53,877 nucleotides of DNA, taken from NCBI GenBank assembly GCA_964035545.1, contig CAXIUT010000148.1, positions 1 through 53,877 of the forward strand. Reading direction: 5' to 3'. The DNA comes from Bugula neritina. Lineage: Eukaryota > Animalia > Bryozoa. Both the position numbers and the translations under genes were made by a program. Numbering within the stretch: the stretch's first letter is position 1; each line of letters begins with the position of its first letter. This document shows, in pieces, positions 13,109 to 27,659 of this stretch. The notes below the pieces were generated by a model that saw nothing but the letters and a program-made list of their open reading frames with translations, did not search any database and was not told where the DNA came from.

Positions 13109-16100
13109 TCAGACATAAAATTTTTTATCTTCATCTTCTTATCTACATATTCCACTGTTTTTATACTCAAAATTGATGATTTCTAAGAATCAACTATAAT
13201 AAAAATATATGTGATATCTTCCTTTCTAGCGTCTTTCATAAATGGATGCACCAACTTCTTATTCATCTTTCCATCAGATATTATAAAACATAACTTCTTC
13301 ACCTATACATTAACATCTTACTCCTAAATCCGATGAAATACTTATAATGAAGACTTCATAAAGGAAGCCATTGATAAATCATGACTATTACTTGACTCAT
13401 ACTCAAAATGGAAACTGTTTACAATATCCTGACTATTCAAAATATCTCCGAATTTCTTAAAAGTAACCATTTAGTCCCTTATTGCACAGATACTTGTCTT
13501 GATAGATAAATGCTAAAGAGCCATACTTATAGCAAGAGAACCTTTCAAAGCTTAATTGCCTACATTTCCATAATGCATCGATTTAGTATCATCCAAACCA
13601 ATCATTATGTAGTAATTTCTTTCACTAGGTTAAGTTCTTCTCAACCAGATCCTGTCTTTTCGATAATTAGAAGCAATAAAAGGAATTATTTTTTTTAGAT
13701 TAAGCTTTTTACCTGTCTTAAAGTCCCCTCGATATTCTGAATTATCCATTGGTTCTAAAACACTCTTCAGTTGCTCCTCTAATATTTTACTCACTTCGTA
13801 AGCTTAGTTCAAAATCTATCTAGAATGTTAGTTTTAAGGGTTATTTTATTTTTTCGATTCTATTTTAATAGAGGAAAGAGCTTTTCTAATTAAATGTTCT
13901 TTGTCATCCACATTTATAATTGTCTTTTATTACTTTTATTGCTTTTCTTTCTTAGAATTAGCACTTAACTGAGGATATTTTTCTTATAAACTTGCTTTTT
14001 AAGCTTTTTATTTATTTTCATCGCCTTTGGTTTCATTTTTAGATATTTTTTGATTTTCTTCTTTCTTATCTTTAGTTTTTTATTAATTTTTATCTTTTTT
14101 AGATTTATCTTATTCTCTTCTTTATTCTTATTTTTTCTCTTTAATTTATTCCTCTTAACTCTTCATTTTTTGATCGTCTAATAATGGTAAATTTGTGGCA
14201 TATTTATCTTTTTCTTCAGTCATCTCAAATTGTTAAGCATTTTCTTCTTAGTTTGCCTTAATCTCTTCTTTTTCATCATGAATAAGCACATTCAAATCTT
14301 TTATGAACTGTTAATTGCCTTCAGATCGTTGTTGCTTCATGATCTCTTCCAAAAAGTCAGAACTAAGGTTATGAATAGGATTTCCTGAACCTTGATTACC
14401 CTATTTCTCACCTTGTCTCTCATTTCCCTCTTCTCCTTGAACATCATCAGGATTCTATTCTTGATTCAAAACCTCATTGTTTGTATTCATATCTTTCCTA
14501 CCATAGGCAGGATCATATTTTTTGGAAGGAAACGTTCTATGAGGTTTATTCTATTCTTCTTATTTACTTTATTGAGGCTATGATTATATTTATTAACCGT
14601 CTTTATTCTCATTATTTTCCTCCTACAATTTCATTAGATTAATCGTTTTATTACTCCTCTATTTAACTATGATCTTTTTCAACCTTTTACTCTTTATCTT
14701 CTCCTTCATTTTCAGAAACAGAACCTTCTTATTAAATCTATTCAGGTTTTTTATCTCCATCTATTTCAAAAGAACTATCTTCCTCTTATGGAGCTTCAAC
14801 ATTTTCTTTTTGCTTATTAATCTTATCTCCCTCCTAATTATTACTATCCAATCGCTTTTATCTTCATTATCTTCCTCACTAACCTATCTCTGCTCTTCGC
14901 CTTTTCTCTCTTCCTTAATCTCCCTTTAGTTATCAACTAACTCTTCTTCTCCTTCTTTCTGGTTCTTGATATCGACATCTGCCTCACTACCTTATGCTTC
15001 TCCAGCTTAATTTTTCATATCTTTTTATTTCTCTTTCTAATCGACATCTCCCATCTTTTCTTCAGGCTATTATCTCTATTTTCCTTATTAATTTCCTTCC
15101 TCCTGGCTTTATTCCTTTGAATACATCTATCCTTCGAAATCAGCTTCCATTTCTATATCATTTTATTATTTATTTTAAGCATTATTATTTTAATTTTTCT
15201 CTTCATTCTTTTCTCCCATAACTTGTTCTTCATACTCAATTTCTTATCCTACATTTTATGCTCCTTAATGTACTTCTCCCTCACCCATTCCCATACCATC
15301 CCCTATCTTCTAGCTTCCACTCTATTCATTCTCTTAAGCTTCTTCTTTCACACATAAACCATTTTTCTGAATATTGACTGTTATGTTTGCCAAAATGTAA
15401 CCTAACTTCATCAAAGTAAGTGTTTATCCTGATAGAATCATATCTTCATCACTTGGAATATTATTGTTGATATCTATTTTTTCGAGGCATTTTTCTGCTT
15501 TTTCAAGTTCTTCTCTAAAGATAGGGTGATAATCTTTATCTTTACTTTTTAAAAACTATCCCAGTAATATCCTTAAATCTTCTCCTTCTTCATCCACATA
15601 TCTAATTTGTCCTTGTTTAATCCTCAAATTGACCTGCACCCAGATCTTTTCAGTCACTCCCCACAACCGATTTGTTATCTCTAAATGCCACTTACTTTCA
15701 GCTCTCTGACACAATTTGTCCCATAACCCATAATAGTATTTTACACCTCGATTGTATGTTTCATCAGAAGTAAACATCTATCGAGTTAAGTAAGAATATT
15801 CAATAGATTTCGTAATATGAATTTTATGGAAATGTTCCTACAACTAGTCAAGATATCCACGGATTACTAATAGTTTCGATTGGGTGTTATAGTGATCCTG
15901 TTGCAGGTCAGTTAAAGTTGTAAATACACGCTTTATTATCATTTAGTAATCATCAATATCCTACACTTATATGTTCTATTCTTACATTTTTTATTATTCT
16001 TGTTCTTAACTATTCTAACTTTAAATTTTATCTTCATTGCTTTCTTCTTAATCTTCCAAATCTTCTTTTTTATCTTCAAGTAACTCCAACAATCCATTTT

Positions 16101-19100
16101 TAAACTCTCTGATAGTGCTATAAAACTGATCATTTAATATTTGCTGATGATAATTACCAATATTGACTGATAACTCTTCTTCATATCTTCTCAAAATATG
16201 ATGTATCTTTCTTTGAAACTTCTCACAAGTACTCTTGAATATCAAATATTAATTACTATTCCAACCTGCCAACTTCTAGTATTCTTTCATCTACTTCATC
16301 TTTCCCTTACGTACAGATATCATTAACTTCTCACTATATCTACCCAAATAACGATAAAATCCAATTACTCTAAACAATACGTTTCTATAACTTTAGCCGT
16401 CAGGAATCAATCTTTCTTTCTACATAAACATCAATAATCTAATCCTGAACTCAAGACACGATACCTTAGATTCTCTCAAATATTTTTAACATACAATAAA
16501 GAGTTCTTTCTCCTCAGAAATGTGTTTGACCTGACGATATATTTCCAAAAACTATATGATATCACTTTTTTATATCCTTCTCAACTTCAAATTCATCATT
16601 TCCTTCCAATTCTTCAACTACATCTTCCTCACCTTCAAACAGTTCTAAATCAACTTTGCAGTTCTAATATGATTAGCCATTGGTAATATGGCATTCACTT
16701 AGAATATTTTTTATACCAAAAACTCACAATCAATCAGTACTTTATAAATCTCTTCATAAATCGATCTTTCCTATATCTTATTACATATAGAAGCCAAGTT
16801 TTTAACATTATCAATCTGATATTTTCCCAATAACACATAAATATCCTGTAGTATACCTGGCAAAGGTGAAACCAACTCCTTTATCACTCCAGGATTATGA
16901 TCCTCGTAGATATTGATCACTTTTTGCTAAAATTTTAATATCACAGTGGTACTACATACTAACTACTCAAAAGATGCACATCCATCAAGCAACCCTTTCG
17001 ACAGGTAGCGATAGTATTGTTCCCTTGGTTTAGTTAGCAACATGTGTAATTAATCATATGGAGACTATAGTCTTGGTTTTTAGGTTGTAGTATATTTACC
17101 AAATAACTAGTTAAACTCCTAATCCATATTTTGTTTATTTTTATTAACACCTTTATCAGAATACTAATCCACAATAACATTCTTCTCGAACTGTTTCTTA
17201 TACTTCAAATAATCTTTAGTACGATCAACTTCCTACTCCTCTTCTTTCTCACACATCCCTTCGATCAACTCTCTCACATTTTTCTTTCCTCGAACTATCA
17301 TCCCACTAAGAGATGGCTCTCGCTCAGGTTAAGACATATACTTGGAATAGTAAATTAATTGCAAAGATAGATAAAATGGCATGAGAATGTCACTATAGAT
17401 ATGGTAATAGCTGTAGTATGTTTATGTTATTGTTTAAACTATGGTTTTTAGTGTGAAATTATGATGTTATAGTTTGGTGGAGTACTGGATGAGGTGGTTG
17501 TAAAAGTCAATCAAGTTTTATATATTATCATATCCTCTATAAACTAATTTCTTTTGAATATATCCCATCTACTGTTTATATTCATTTATGTTTTAATCTA
17601 TTTTTTGTAATTAACTAGGTTTATAACCAAAATACTTCAAATCAGCTAGCTATTTATATTTCTAGAGATAAATTTGATCATTGTTTATCAACTATTTATA
17701 ATATTTGTAGTTCATTTCGTTTTTCAAATGATAACAGATGTTTACATTCATGTTAGTATGAGGTTTAAAGAGTTACCATAAAACAAGACCTTGTTCCATT
17801 GAAGTTTTATCTGATAAACTGTCATAGATATTCAATTCTTTCATAAAATTAACTACATATTGGCTATCTAAGATATTTCCTATTAAAGCTCTCTTTTTCT
17901 TAACATTTGTCATTAATACTTACATGGCCTAAAAGTGTTTAATTCTTGCCTACCTGCACCATCCACTAAGAGCTTTTACCTCAACTTCCATAAACCTGAC
18001 CATCTCAGCAACAACTTTCTCAACACCACCCAGCACATCCTCCATAAAGACACCCTAGCCACATACAGCTCTAAAATGAAAATTATCACGACTCATCATA
18101 TATCTCACTGACTAATAACTATCAAGAATGGGAACCAATTTGAACTATTCCTAGCTATATTGAATCAACAATTATTTAACCTTATCTTTGAACAACTATT
18201 AGTAGAGACGTTCTATTTATTTATAGTATTTTCGGAGAAGATCTTTTGAGTTTGATTGCAGAAGCATGGGAAGAATAGTCAAAGCACTCTTCTTGAAATT
18301 ATTAACATTACATATGCATAGAATTTTGAATTTACGAATTATTTCGCTTAACTGTTCTTCATTCTCACCTAGAAGTGGTAGCTTAGTAACAATATACTTT
18401 TAATTTGATGCAAAAAAGCACTGAAGAATCACTTTGCCTAAGAACTAGTCTTTACTACTTGATAAAGCCACTTTTGAACAAATCTTTTAAGTCATACTCT
18501 AAATAGGCTCATTCAAAATGTATTCTACTTTGTATTTTTGTTTGATGTGATGAATCAATTTCTCTCTAACTTAATCTTTACTTTTAATCTCTTCAGAATA
18601 TTCATTATTACAAACTCTATCCAACACTCTTCTCCAAGCTTGTACTCCAGTTCTACTCTGCTACTCATTCATAAGCTATACTATCATTGATTGAGTTTCA
18701 TCAATTCTAATAGAAGCATCATGACTAACCAAAGTAGTTTCATTGGATTTGTAATATTCGTTTGAGTCTATGAAATTTTGATGTCTTTATTCAAGTGATA
18801 GAATGATAAATTTTGATATATCTGTTTTCTTGCTCTTAAGATTATCAACTCCCATAACTATCTTTTTTTATTGATTATAAACATCGCCTAAACCTTTTTC
18901 AATCCTTTAACCTATCAAATCACTAGGTACTTAGACATATACCACTCCATTTCCTCTCAAACTTTTAACCACTTTTGACTACACAAAAACAAATCTAGTT
19001 TCCTAAGATTTATACTAGTCTTCTCTGTCTTTTGCAAAAAGTTACTAAAACTGACTTTTTTATTCTTCCATTTATTTTCCAACAGATATTTGTTAATAAG

Positions 19101-22100
19101 TTCCTAAAAGATCATTGATATCAACCATAGTTGAAATGAGAATCGAAGTGAGAGTTGTATTAAGCAGATAAGCCAATGCCTTAACAACAGAAAGACGAAT
19201 ATGACTCTCACCAACCAAAAAGACACTAAATCTACTGTATTTATAGATCAGATAAGTCATAATAACACTATGAACCAATGTAGAATTAGATATACCAAAA
19301 GAATTTTTCAAAGGAAGTAACTTTAGCACTTATCTTTAGTATAAACTGTATTTATCATTAAAGGATAAATCTATAAAAGATGGAAGATTTAATATTTATA
19401 AAGCTTTGTTCGTTAAACCTATTTTGCTCAATTGTATCACAAATTACAAGTTTTTATATTGACATATCTTTTTATTGACTCAATAACTTCTAAACCAAAG
19501 AAATCAACTTTTCATCTTTTGTTAAATAAGGATACTTAGATTTTAAGTAATTAAGTTGAGTCTCACATTTTACTTCAGGGATATATATCTTCACAAATCT
19601 GTTCAAAAAACTATTAGGCAAACCTTTTCTGCCTCCACCTTATCGTCTCAAAACAACCACTCCTTTAAAATTTTCATGCTTATAAAAGGTCTAATTCAAC
19701 TCCACAACAAATAAACTACCGTCTATAATCAAACAAACTATTTACTCCTTCAATTACCTGTTGCTGAGCCATATTCAAATCAACCAAAGCAACCACTCCA
19801 CCCTATCTAACTCGTCTAAGCAAAGGCTCATCATGCCATATGAACTCGCTACCTAGAGGACGATACTGACCCAAGAGATCTGATAGATCAGTTTGAGCTG
19901 AAAAAAATATCTGAGACTATGGATTCATTCCTAATACCTGTAAAGGAATATCAGTTTTAATTAACAAGTTAAAATTCATATTTTTGATTAAATCTACTAC
20001 ATATTCACTACAACTCAATCCAATCCACTCCTATTTGATCGATATCTGTTTCCCAATAAACTAAATAAGTTCTCTTTTGACTTGCTAAATTTGTTTGTTT
20101 ACCCAGAATCACTCATAGTATATCTAACTCCCTCAATAACCAAAATAAAAACTCCCCAAAAATATTTTTATTCCCATCCATCTAATGAACTTTTATTAAT
20201 AAACGTACACAACCAATCGATATCTCTCATTGTCATCATCTTACGGTATAAATTGAATCGAACCATCAACTAACAATTGTATTGAACTAGTAAATCATAA
20301 ATATGATTCACAAGTTAATTTTTAATCTCTGAAGATACTTGTAGTTTGTGTGATATCATAGTCGATATATCAGATTTGGCATCTATTACAAATTATGGAT
20401 GAGTTATTGGTTAGACCCAAATCTAAGTAAATCTATTTCTCAAAGCTGGTGATAATTATTTCTTACCATAATCGCCACTAGGATTCATCGTTGCTATCAC
20501 ACAAAATCCCTCAACTGCTTCTACCACCTACCATCCATCTCCTCTCTATATTCCCACCTTGCCACTCTCTAAGACTTAATTCAACCTCTCAAGAACACTG
20601 TTTTAAGCACCATTTATCTAATCTATCAGCAATACTCCACCATTCAACATAGCATCTATGACAACTCCATTAACAAATTAAAATTTCATTCCAGATTGTT
20701 CAGTAGAAGGTCTCAATGAACCCAAAAGATCTGACGCCTACATATGTTTATGACAATTGATACTATAAAATTTACGATCAGTTAAAGAAGCCAACAATTC
20801 AGCTAAAGTAGTTTTACCACACCCAGTCTCACCAACCAACAAAACAGGCTCACGATTATTAATAGCTTTCATAGTTAAGGCAGCCATTCTCTTAAAACTA
20901 TCATTCATCTGCACATAGATCTTTGTCCTTGAAATTGATTACTATGAAAAATGGTCTCTTACCACGCCCTAGTATTCAGCTTTTACATTAGATAAAGTCA
21001 ATTTAGATTGAGTTAAAAGCACTTTTTATACATATTGTTTTTACTAATCACTTCTTAACTTCTAAGCGAAGATAGCATAACCTTCAATAGTAAATTTTTA
21101 TTTATTAATAAAAGGTCTCTCACACCACTTCAACAAATTTCTAATAGTAATTAAACCTTATTTCTCAAAGACTCTTTGCCTTTGTCGATATCCCATCAAA
21201 CTTTATAAAGTTTTCTTTACAAAACTAGTCAACTCTTTACTATCCTTAATCAATGAACTTCTAGCCTACAATATTGCCATTGTATCTTCAGTATTTATGT
21301 CATTAAAAGATATACCAACAAATCTATTCCTGAAGGCCCGAGACAACACCTTTCTACCTGAGTAATTAGCTGGATTCTGAGTTGCAAAAATTCTAAAATT
21401 CTCATGAGGTTTTATATGTTTTTGTTGCTAAGGAATAAACAATTCTCGATTATCATCCAGTAATCTATTTAGACATTCCAGAATCTCAGTCCTTGCCAAA
21501 TTTAATTCATCAAGAATCAGCCAATGTCCCATTCTAACAGCCTTCACCAAAGGACCTTCTCTGAATACTAGTCTTCCCTCTTTATCAGGATAATAATTTC
21601 CAATATATTCTTCGATCTAAGTATGCTCATGATTGTTAATTCGAATACACTGATGACCTACTAGATCAGCCACATACCGAATCATACTTGTTTTTCCAGC
21701 AGAAGTAGGACCTTCAAGCAAAACAGGAAGTTCAGTTCCAGCAATAGCTCTAAGAAGATCTTTCAAATGTTATTTAAATGTATCAGTCAAATGAAATATT
21801 TAACTGTTTTGAGGTTCATAACTACCTTTAGTCAAAAGAAAGCCTTGAATTTGAACAGTATTAAGGCTATATTTAGGCACACTTTCATTAAGATATGACT
21901 TAAGAAGTTACTTTTCTCCAAAACCAAGCATCAGCCCATCATATACACTTCTATTCCATCCATAAACTTCTTTATTTCGATTGATATAATGCAAAGCTCT
22001 AACCAAATTTCTCAAAGAAACAGTTTTTATTTTTTTAATATCGAAAAACAACTAAGATATATCATATTCATTCAACTGAGGACATAACTCTTTAGTCATC

Positions 22101-24250
22101 ATTTGAATATCAGCTTTATTGGGTTCAGACATAACAATAGACGTAAATTTATTTTATAAATTCGCAGGTAATTTCTTTTTACCAGAATCGTTCGCAGGAT
22201 TCATACAAGCAACTATCCTAAAATCTTTATGTCTTTCAATATAACTAAGATCTCCTTTCTAGTATAACATCAAACTCTTGCCCTCGATCAATGGAACAAT
22301 CTTCTGCAATACGTCATTAGTAGCCAAATTGATCTAATCAATCAATATCCAATCTCCATTTCTTATAGCTTTTATCAGATTACCTTCCAGAAAACTAAAT
22401 ACCAAATTACTATCTATTCTATCCAAATTAAATAATATATTGTTGAATTTTCTTAAGGGGTTGGGGTTGGGGTTGGGGTTGGGGTTGGGGTTGGGGTTGG
22501 GGTTGGGGTTGGGGTTGGGGTTGGGTAAACTTTTTAGTAATACCTCGATCTTACCTGTTATGTAATAATTCAAAAGATTATTCAGGTATCCTTAGTTTTT
22601 CTATGCTCCTGGCACTTCTTCTCTAAATTTTTAAATAAATGAGTTTAATAGTTATTTAAGAAGAATTCTACAGTCAACAGGTTTGAATCCTCCAATCAAA
22701 TCCATCACATCAGTTCCGCTTGACATATTGTAAACATATAATTTATGACCACTTAATTATGCCAAATATTGAACTAAAGTTGTTTTTCCACATCCAGTTT
22801 CACTGATTAATAAAGGATATTCATCCAACTAAAAACTTATAGATAACTTCTCAAGAACTCCAAGTGAATATTGAGTCTTAACCACCTTTAGCAAAGGTTG
22901 ACCCAAACACTTTATATCAGCTCTACCTATCGATAGTTGCTTGTATTTCTATTGATAACTAATCACTCGATTTTAAGTTAATTTATTGGTCAGATCGTTA
23001 ACCTAAAGTTGAATATCATCCATAAATTATTGAGTAAAGTAGCCATTCCATAACTGCCTGTTAGCTTAATCATCAATAGTATCCATATTTAAGTTCAAAA
23101 TTCTTTTTCTAAGACGAATGATTCTTTTCCATAGCTTGTTACTTCCTTGATAGTTTAAATGTTTCCAATTTTATTCGAAAATTTTCAATATATATTCTTT
23201 ATTAGTTGTATTATCGATAATTGGTACAATGCTTAGTACTCCTTTCGCAGACAATTATATATGTCTAACCAATTTACCTATCATCATTTTACTTTTTTTA
23301 TCTTTTTCTCCTCCTAAAATACCCAAAATTCTAAAACCGGGACTAGCTTTAACAGTTTTCTGATTATGAGTCATTCTTCCTTCCTTGGATAACGACACAA
23401 CACTAACTAGTAACTAATTAGATATTTGATTGAAGTTGTTAAATATGATAGTAATTCCCTTTTCCATAGCATAAGTCAAAGGACCTCTAATATACTAAAA
23501 CTATCCAAATTTTTATTTACAAACATAGTTCCCTAAAAGACTATTCAACTAGACAGTTCTATCCAACCAAACCTAGATATGCTATGATGTATAGTTCTCA
23601 GGAAGATAGTTAATTGTCATAATTTTTGATTGAGCAAGTTCTATATCAATTTCATGATAACAACCATTCAATTTCTCACATGTAATTTTCTAATCAGAAT
23701 ATATTTCATTCATTATCTTTCTTTTCAATTAGATCAGACTATTGATATAATCTCTGACTCTCAAAACAGTATCTTTTGATATATTTTTACTCATAGCTTC
23801 AGTAGACGATAAAAATTGCTGATTTGCAAAGGTAGTCACTACATTAGTCCATAATCCTTCTTAGTAACTATTATTTTCATAATCAGGAACTCGATCTATA
23901 TTCAATATTTTAAAATCTAATTAAGAAGTGAGGGATATTATGTTCAATACCTCCAACTGAAGTGTCCTTCTTCCATCAATTTTCCAATACAAATGTTCCC
24001 CTATTATTTTTTAAATCCATTTTTGAACATCTTTCACCATAACTGCATGCACATATCCAGTTAAAGCCACTATCTTGATTTTATCAAGTTTATTCCATCC
24101 AGAAGAAGAATTGTTATTGACTATTTCATCAAGAATAGGAAACAAACTAATAGGATGTTTATTCAAGAAAGAAGCAGGATCTACTTAATGATCTGTTTCT
24201 ATAGTTCTATTATAAGTTGAATAAGGTTATTTTTGTTTGATATTTCTCAT
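13109..24250 (-). CDS. MDN1: Midasin / Rea1 AAA+ ATPase (~3700 aa); interrupted by tract 2, C-terminus hidden by tract 1
   Basis: AAA modules SETGCGKTT, GPTSAGKTS, GETGCGKTT; RINNHEHT; GKKELSPALRNRFTEIW; GGRKGLP; acidic tail; GDFKTGKKLNLKKIIPFIASNYRKDRIWLRR; MIDAS-like GLDDTKSM. Confidence 0.95.
22457..22525 (+). repeat. Internal telomeric tract 2, 69 bp, inside the midasin AAA region
   Basis: Read directly; reading frame is preserved across it. Confidence 0.98.
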
Positions 24251-24327
24251 TGAAAACGATTGTTGAATGCCAACTTTATTATAATTATACTAATCAGCAA
24301 TATAATAACAATATCTGCTATCAATTA

Positions 24328-24984
24328 TCATCTCTTAAAAGGAAATTTTGACTGAACTTGGATCTAACGAATAAATGCCTCATAAGACGATAACTTTTGA
24401 AATAGCTTCTGTGTATTACTAACCTTCTATTCATTTTTTATCTTTGTTTGATAGTTTATTATCGTTGGCTTCAATGGGTAGCACTGCTGACGCCATATTG
24501 TCACCTTCTCTTTCTTCTTTCTTTGCTCAAAATCAGGTATTATGTTTTATGTTAATGGCTTTCTTAACTTGAAATTATAAGCATGAGATAAAACATGCTT
24601 TTTAGGAACAACTTTCATCTTTTTAATCTCTTTTGGCTCTTTATTTTAACCGAACCAGTCTTAAGGCTGTTCCTCTAATCCTATTTACTCTTCATTTTTT
24701 TAAAGACTTTTAGTACTCCAAGCAGAAATAGTTATATTCTAAACTCTTCTGTTTATTTTGTTTTTCATCCTTTTGCCAGGTAAACTAGCAGTTTTATTTC
24801 TTTTCTAGAGTATATTTTAGCCAATATGTGTTGGTGATAAAGCTTAATCTTTTTACAAATTGATACACTGTTGAGTATAATTTTTATGTGAATATCTTCT
24901 TTAAGGCTTAGTCAATGGAGATACCTTGAGTGGTGATGATATTTTTTTAAGTAGAGCTAGACGCAAAAGGGTCGTCTTTTACAT
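24328..24984 (-). CDS. Hypothetical basic protein, ~218 aa
   Basis: MEKTTLLRLALLKKISSPLK...; ATG-TGA span divisible by 3. Confidence 0.5.
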
Positions 24985-25161
24985 TAGAAATAAAATATAT
25001 TCGATTTAGTTAAATCATATTTTAGTCTTTTATCTCTATTTTCTATTTATCTATCATAAATCTTATTTAATTGATAATTCTGATAAAATAAACATAAAAG
25101 TCTTTAATATTATTGGTTTTAATTATAATTACATATTTTTATTACTACTTGTCCAAAAAAC

Positions 25162-25608
25162 ATGAAAAGTTCATTAATATGTGACCTCGAAAATATTGTA
25201 GCCAATATGAAACAGCAAAATAAAGATATTAATCAAACTCTTAATGGACTCAAAAAAAAAAATTCTGCTAGTAATGTTCTTAGACCTATTAGTTCCATCA
25301 ATAACTCCTAAAATAAATAAAAAAATAAGAAATAAGGACAAACAATGAAGAAAAAAAAGAATCTGAAAAAAGATAATAAGTCGTTTAGACGATGTTAGTC
25401 CTGTATTACCTTATCAAGCTAAACAAAAAAGAAAGAAAATAATTAAATAAAAGAAAAACCTCCAAAAATATCATAAAATTCAAGTCCAAAATCAAGAAGT
25501 CAAATTACCCCGAAAATACATTAATTTTATTCAAAAATACCCAAAATAAATATGACTAAAGCCTACTTTGTGATACTAAATGAGAGGAAAAAATTGAAAA
25601 AAATATGA
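25162..25608 (+). CDS. Hypothetical Lys-rich protein
   Basis: ATG 25162 and TGA 25606-25608 lie in the same frame; low complexity. Confidence 0.4.
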
Positions 25609-25628
25609 TTTAATAAAATTGAGTAAAA

Positions 25629-27601
25629 TCAGCTCCAATATTTATAATTATTCTTTATAAAGTTCGTATGACTATCCTGATTTCCAATTGTCTTATATTT
25701 ATTTTTATTCGAATAAGGTTCCTCCTTCTTTTAAGATTCCCTCTCATAAGCATAACTATCTTTCAAAGGACTATTTCTTGGAATATAAACAGAATTTTTA
25801 GGAGGAGAATATTTGGATGCTGTAGGATATTTATTTAAAATTTTATGATTTATTGTTTCTGTACTTTAAGGTATATCTGTATAGTTGAAATATCTTTTAT
25901 TAGTTATTTTGCTTATATATCTATTTGATAAACCTTCACTATCTGAATTTGATGGATAATTATTGAGTTATTTTTATCTTTTGTAGTAATTATCCCTTTA
26001 AAGAGAATCATTAAACACATACTTTTATTTAGAACTTAGATAGTGTCTGGCTGTCCCAAGATCATAAATATTTCTACCTATTCTTCTATCAACTTCTTCA
26101 TTTCCTTATCTCTTCGCATAAGAATCTAATAATCTCTTTCGATACAGTTCAGTATATGATGGCTCATATTCTCCTCTATTTTAAACTTACTAAACTCTTG
26201 ACTTATATTATTCATTCGATAGTTGTGATGAAGATTTAGATGGAATCTTTATCAATTATATTTCAAATGGATCAGCCATTCTATATTCAGATTCACCTAT
26301 CTTTCGAGATGATTTTGACTATTTCATTTTATTTATTGGAGTACTTTTGACTTATTACTAATCATAAGGTAAATCAACTCGAATAGGACCCTTAGAAGCT
26401 GTCTTCTTATTGTAGTGCATATCTAACTACTTTTATACTTTAGAATCATAAAGACTACCAGGATTATCTTTTTGGAACTTATCTTGAATCCTTGACATTC
26501 TATCTTTACTATAAGCCATTCTAGATACCATATCAGGATCAATATGAGTCATATCTTTTTCAATAGTTTATCTAAGTTGAGTATACAAGTAAAGTTCTTC
26601 AGGAAGATCAATATAATTATCAATCCATGTCTGTCTATATCTTTTATGAATATGTTTCAAATGCTAAGTCCAAATCTAAAACTATTTTTATGTAAATTGT
26701 TTGTAGTTAGAATTTTATATCTGATCCAACTATCCTTTCTAAAACCTACCGAATACCCATTTCATTTCTTACGGAGATACAAGAATACCAAAACCTTAAA
26801 ATTAATTATTACTAAATTATCCAATATATTTATTTCCATTGCTAAAGATTTTCTACCCAAAAGTATGCAATTTAGATTTTTTATAATATCCTCTTTCGAT
26901 AGTTTTCAAATATAAGGCTTTTTATCCGTTAGTACCTATATTTTATCCATATAAAGTAAATCCCAATCCATTCAAATACCCCTCTTCACTAAAATATCCT
27001 ATAATTATTTTATTTCTCTAATTTCTTATATGCACTCTGGTAGGTTTCTAAAAATTTAAAGTAAAAGCCTGTTCATGTTTAAATCCTATCATTTTAGTCA
27101 CCTTATTTGATGTAAAAACATCATAATTATCTTCTTTATCTAAATGGAGTATTTTGTTAGTTAACACTCCTTTCTTATAAGCCAAACGATAAATCTTATG
27201 ATTCAGATAGTCAATAAGCGTCCCATTTCCATGAGCTTTCATCTAGCCATCAGTAAATGGAATAACAATGATGTAGTGACTCTGTTTATAACTCACCTCA
27301 AACTCATTAGGATTAGCATATAGCACAGATGTAATCGAGTTCTATCTAAAAATAATAGTATGACCAGTTGGAGTATCATGTAGGTAGTCAGTGATCACAG
27401 TAGAACCATCATCATGAAGCATTATTCCTTTTCCATGCTTTTTATATGAACTCATACCTCCCATATAAACTGCATTGTTGTAATGACAAAAATATACTGG
27501 TAATCTGCAGATTTGTTTATTGGTGTTTTTGGCTATTCAAGTTGATGACGAAGACTTAGTTCTGCTTTGACTTTTGACTTGCTGGGAGAAAAATGTCTCA
27601 T
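25629..27601 (-). CDS. MORN-repeat-containing protein
   Basis: VYMGGMSSYKKHGKGIMLHDDG, KAHGNGTLID and LNGLG-type repeats; low-complexity C-terminus; probably one intron. Confidence 0.72.
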
Positions 27602-27659
27602 ATTTTTTTATTTATTTTATAAAATAAACAATAAAACATCCTGTTAGTGAACAATAGAT

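Noticed and set aside
12823-13176. Track ORFs with GLGLGL, PNPN and PQPQ repeats
   Set aside because: They are translations of the telomeric tract, not genes
22400-22552. Telomeric tract 2 residing within an intron
   Set aside because: GT/AG sites exist nearby, but the flanks translate as midasin-like sequence in frame, and such an intron would far exceed the 20-nt norm
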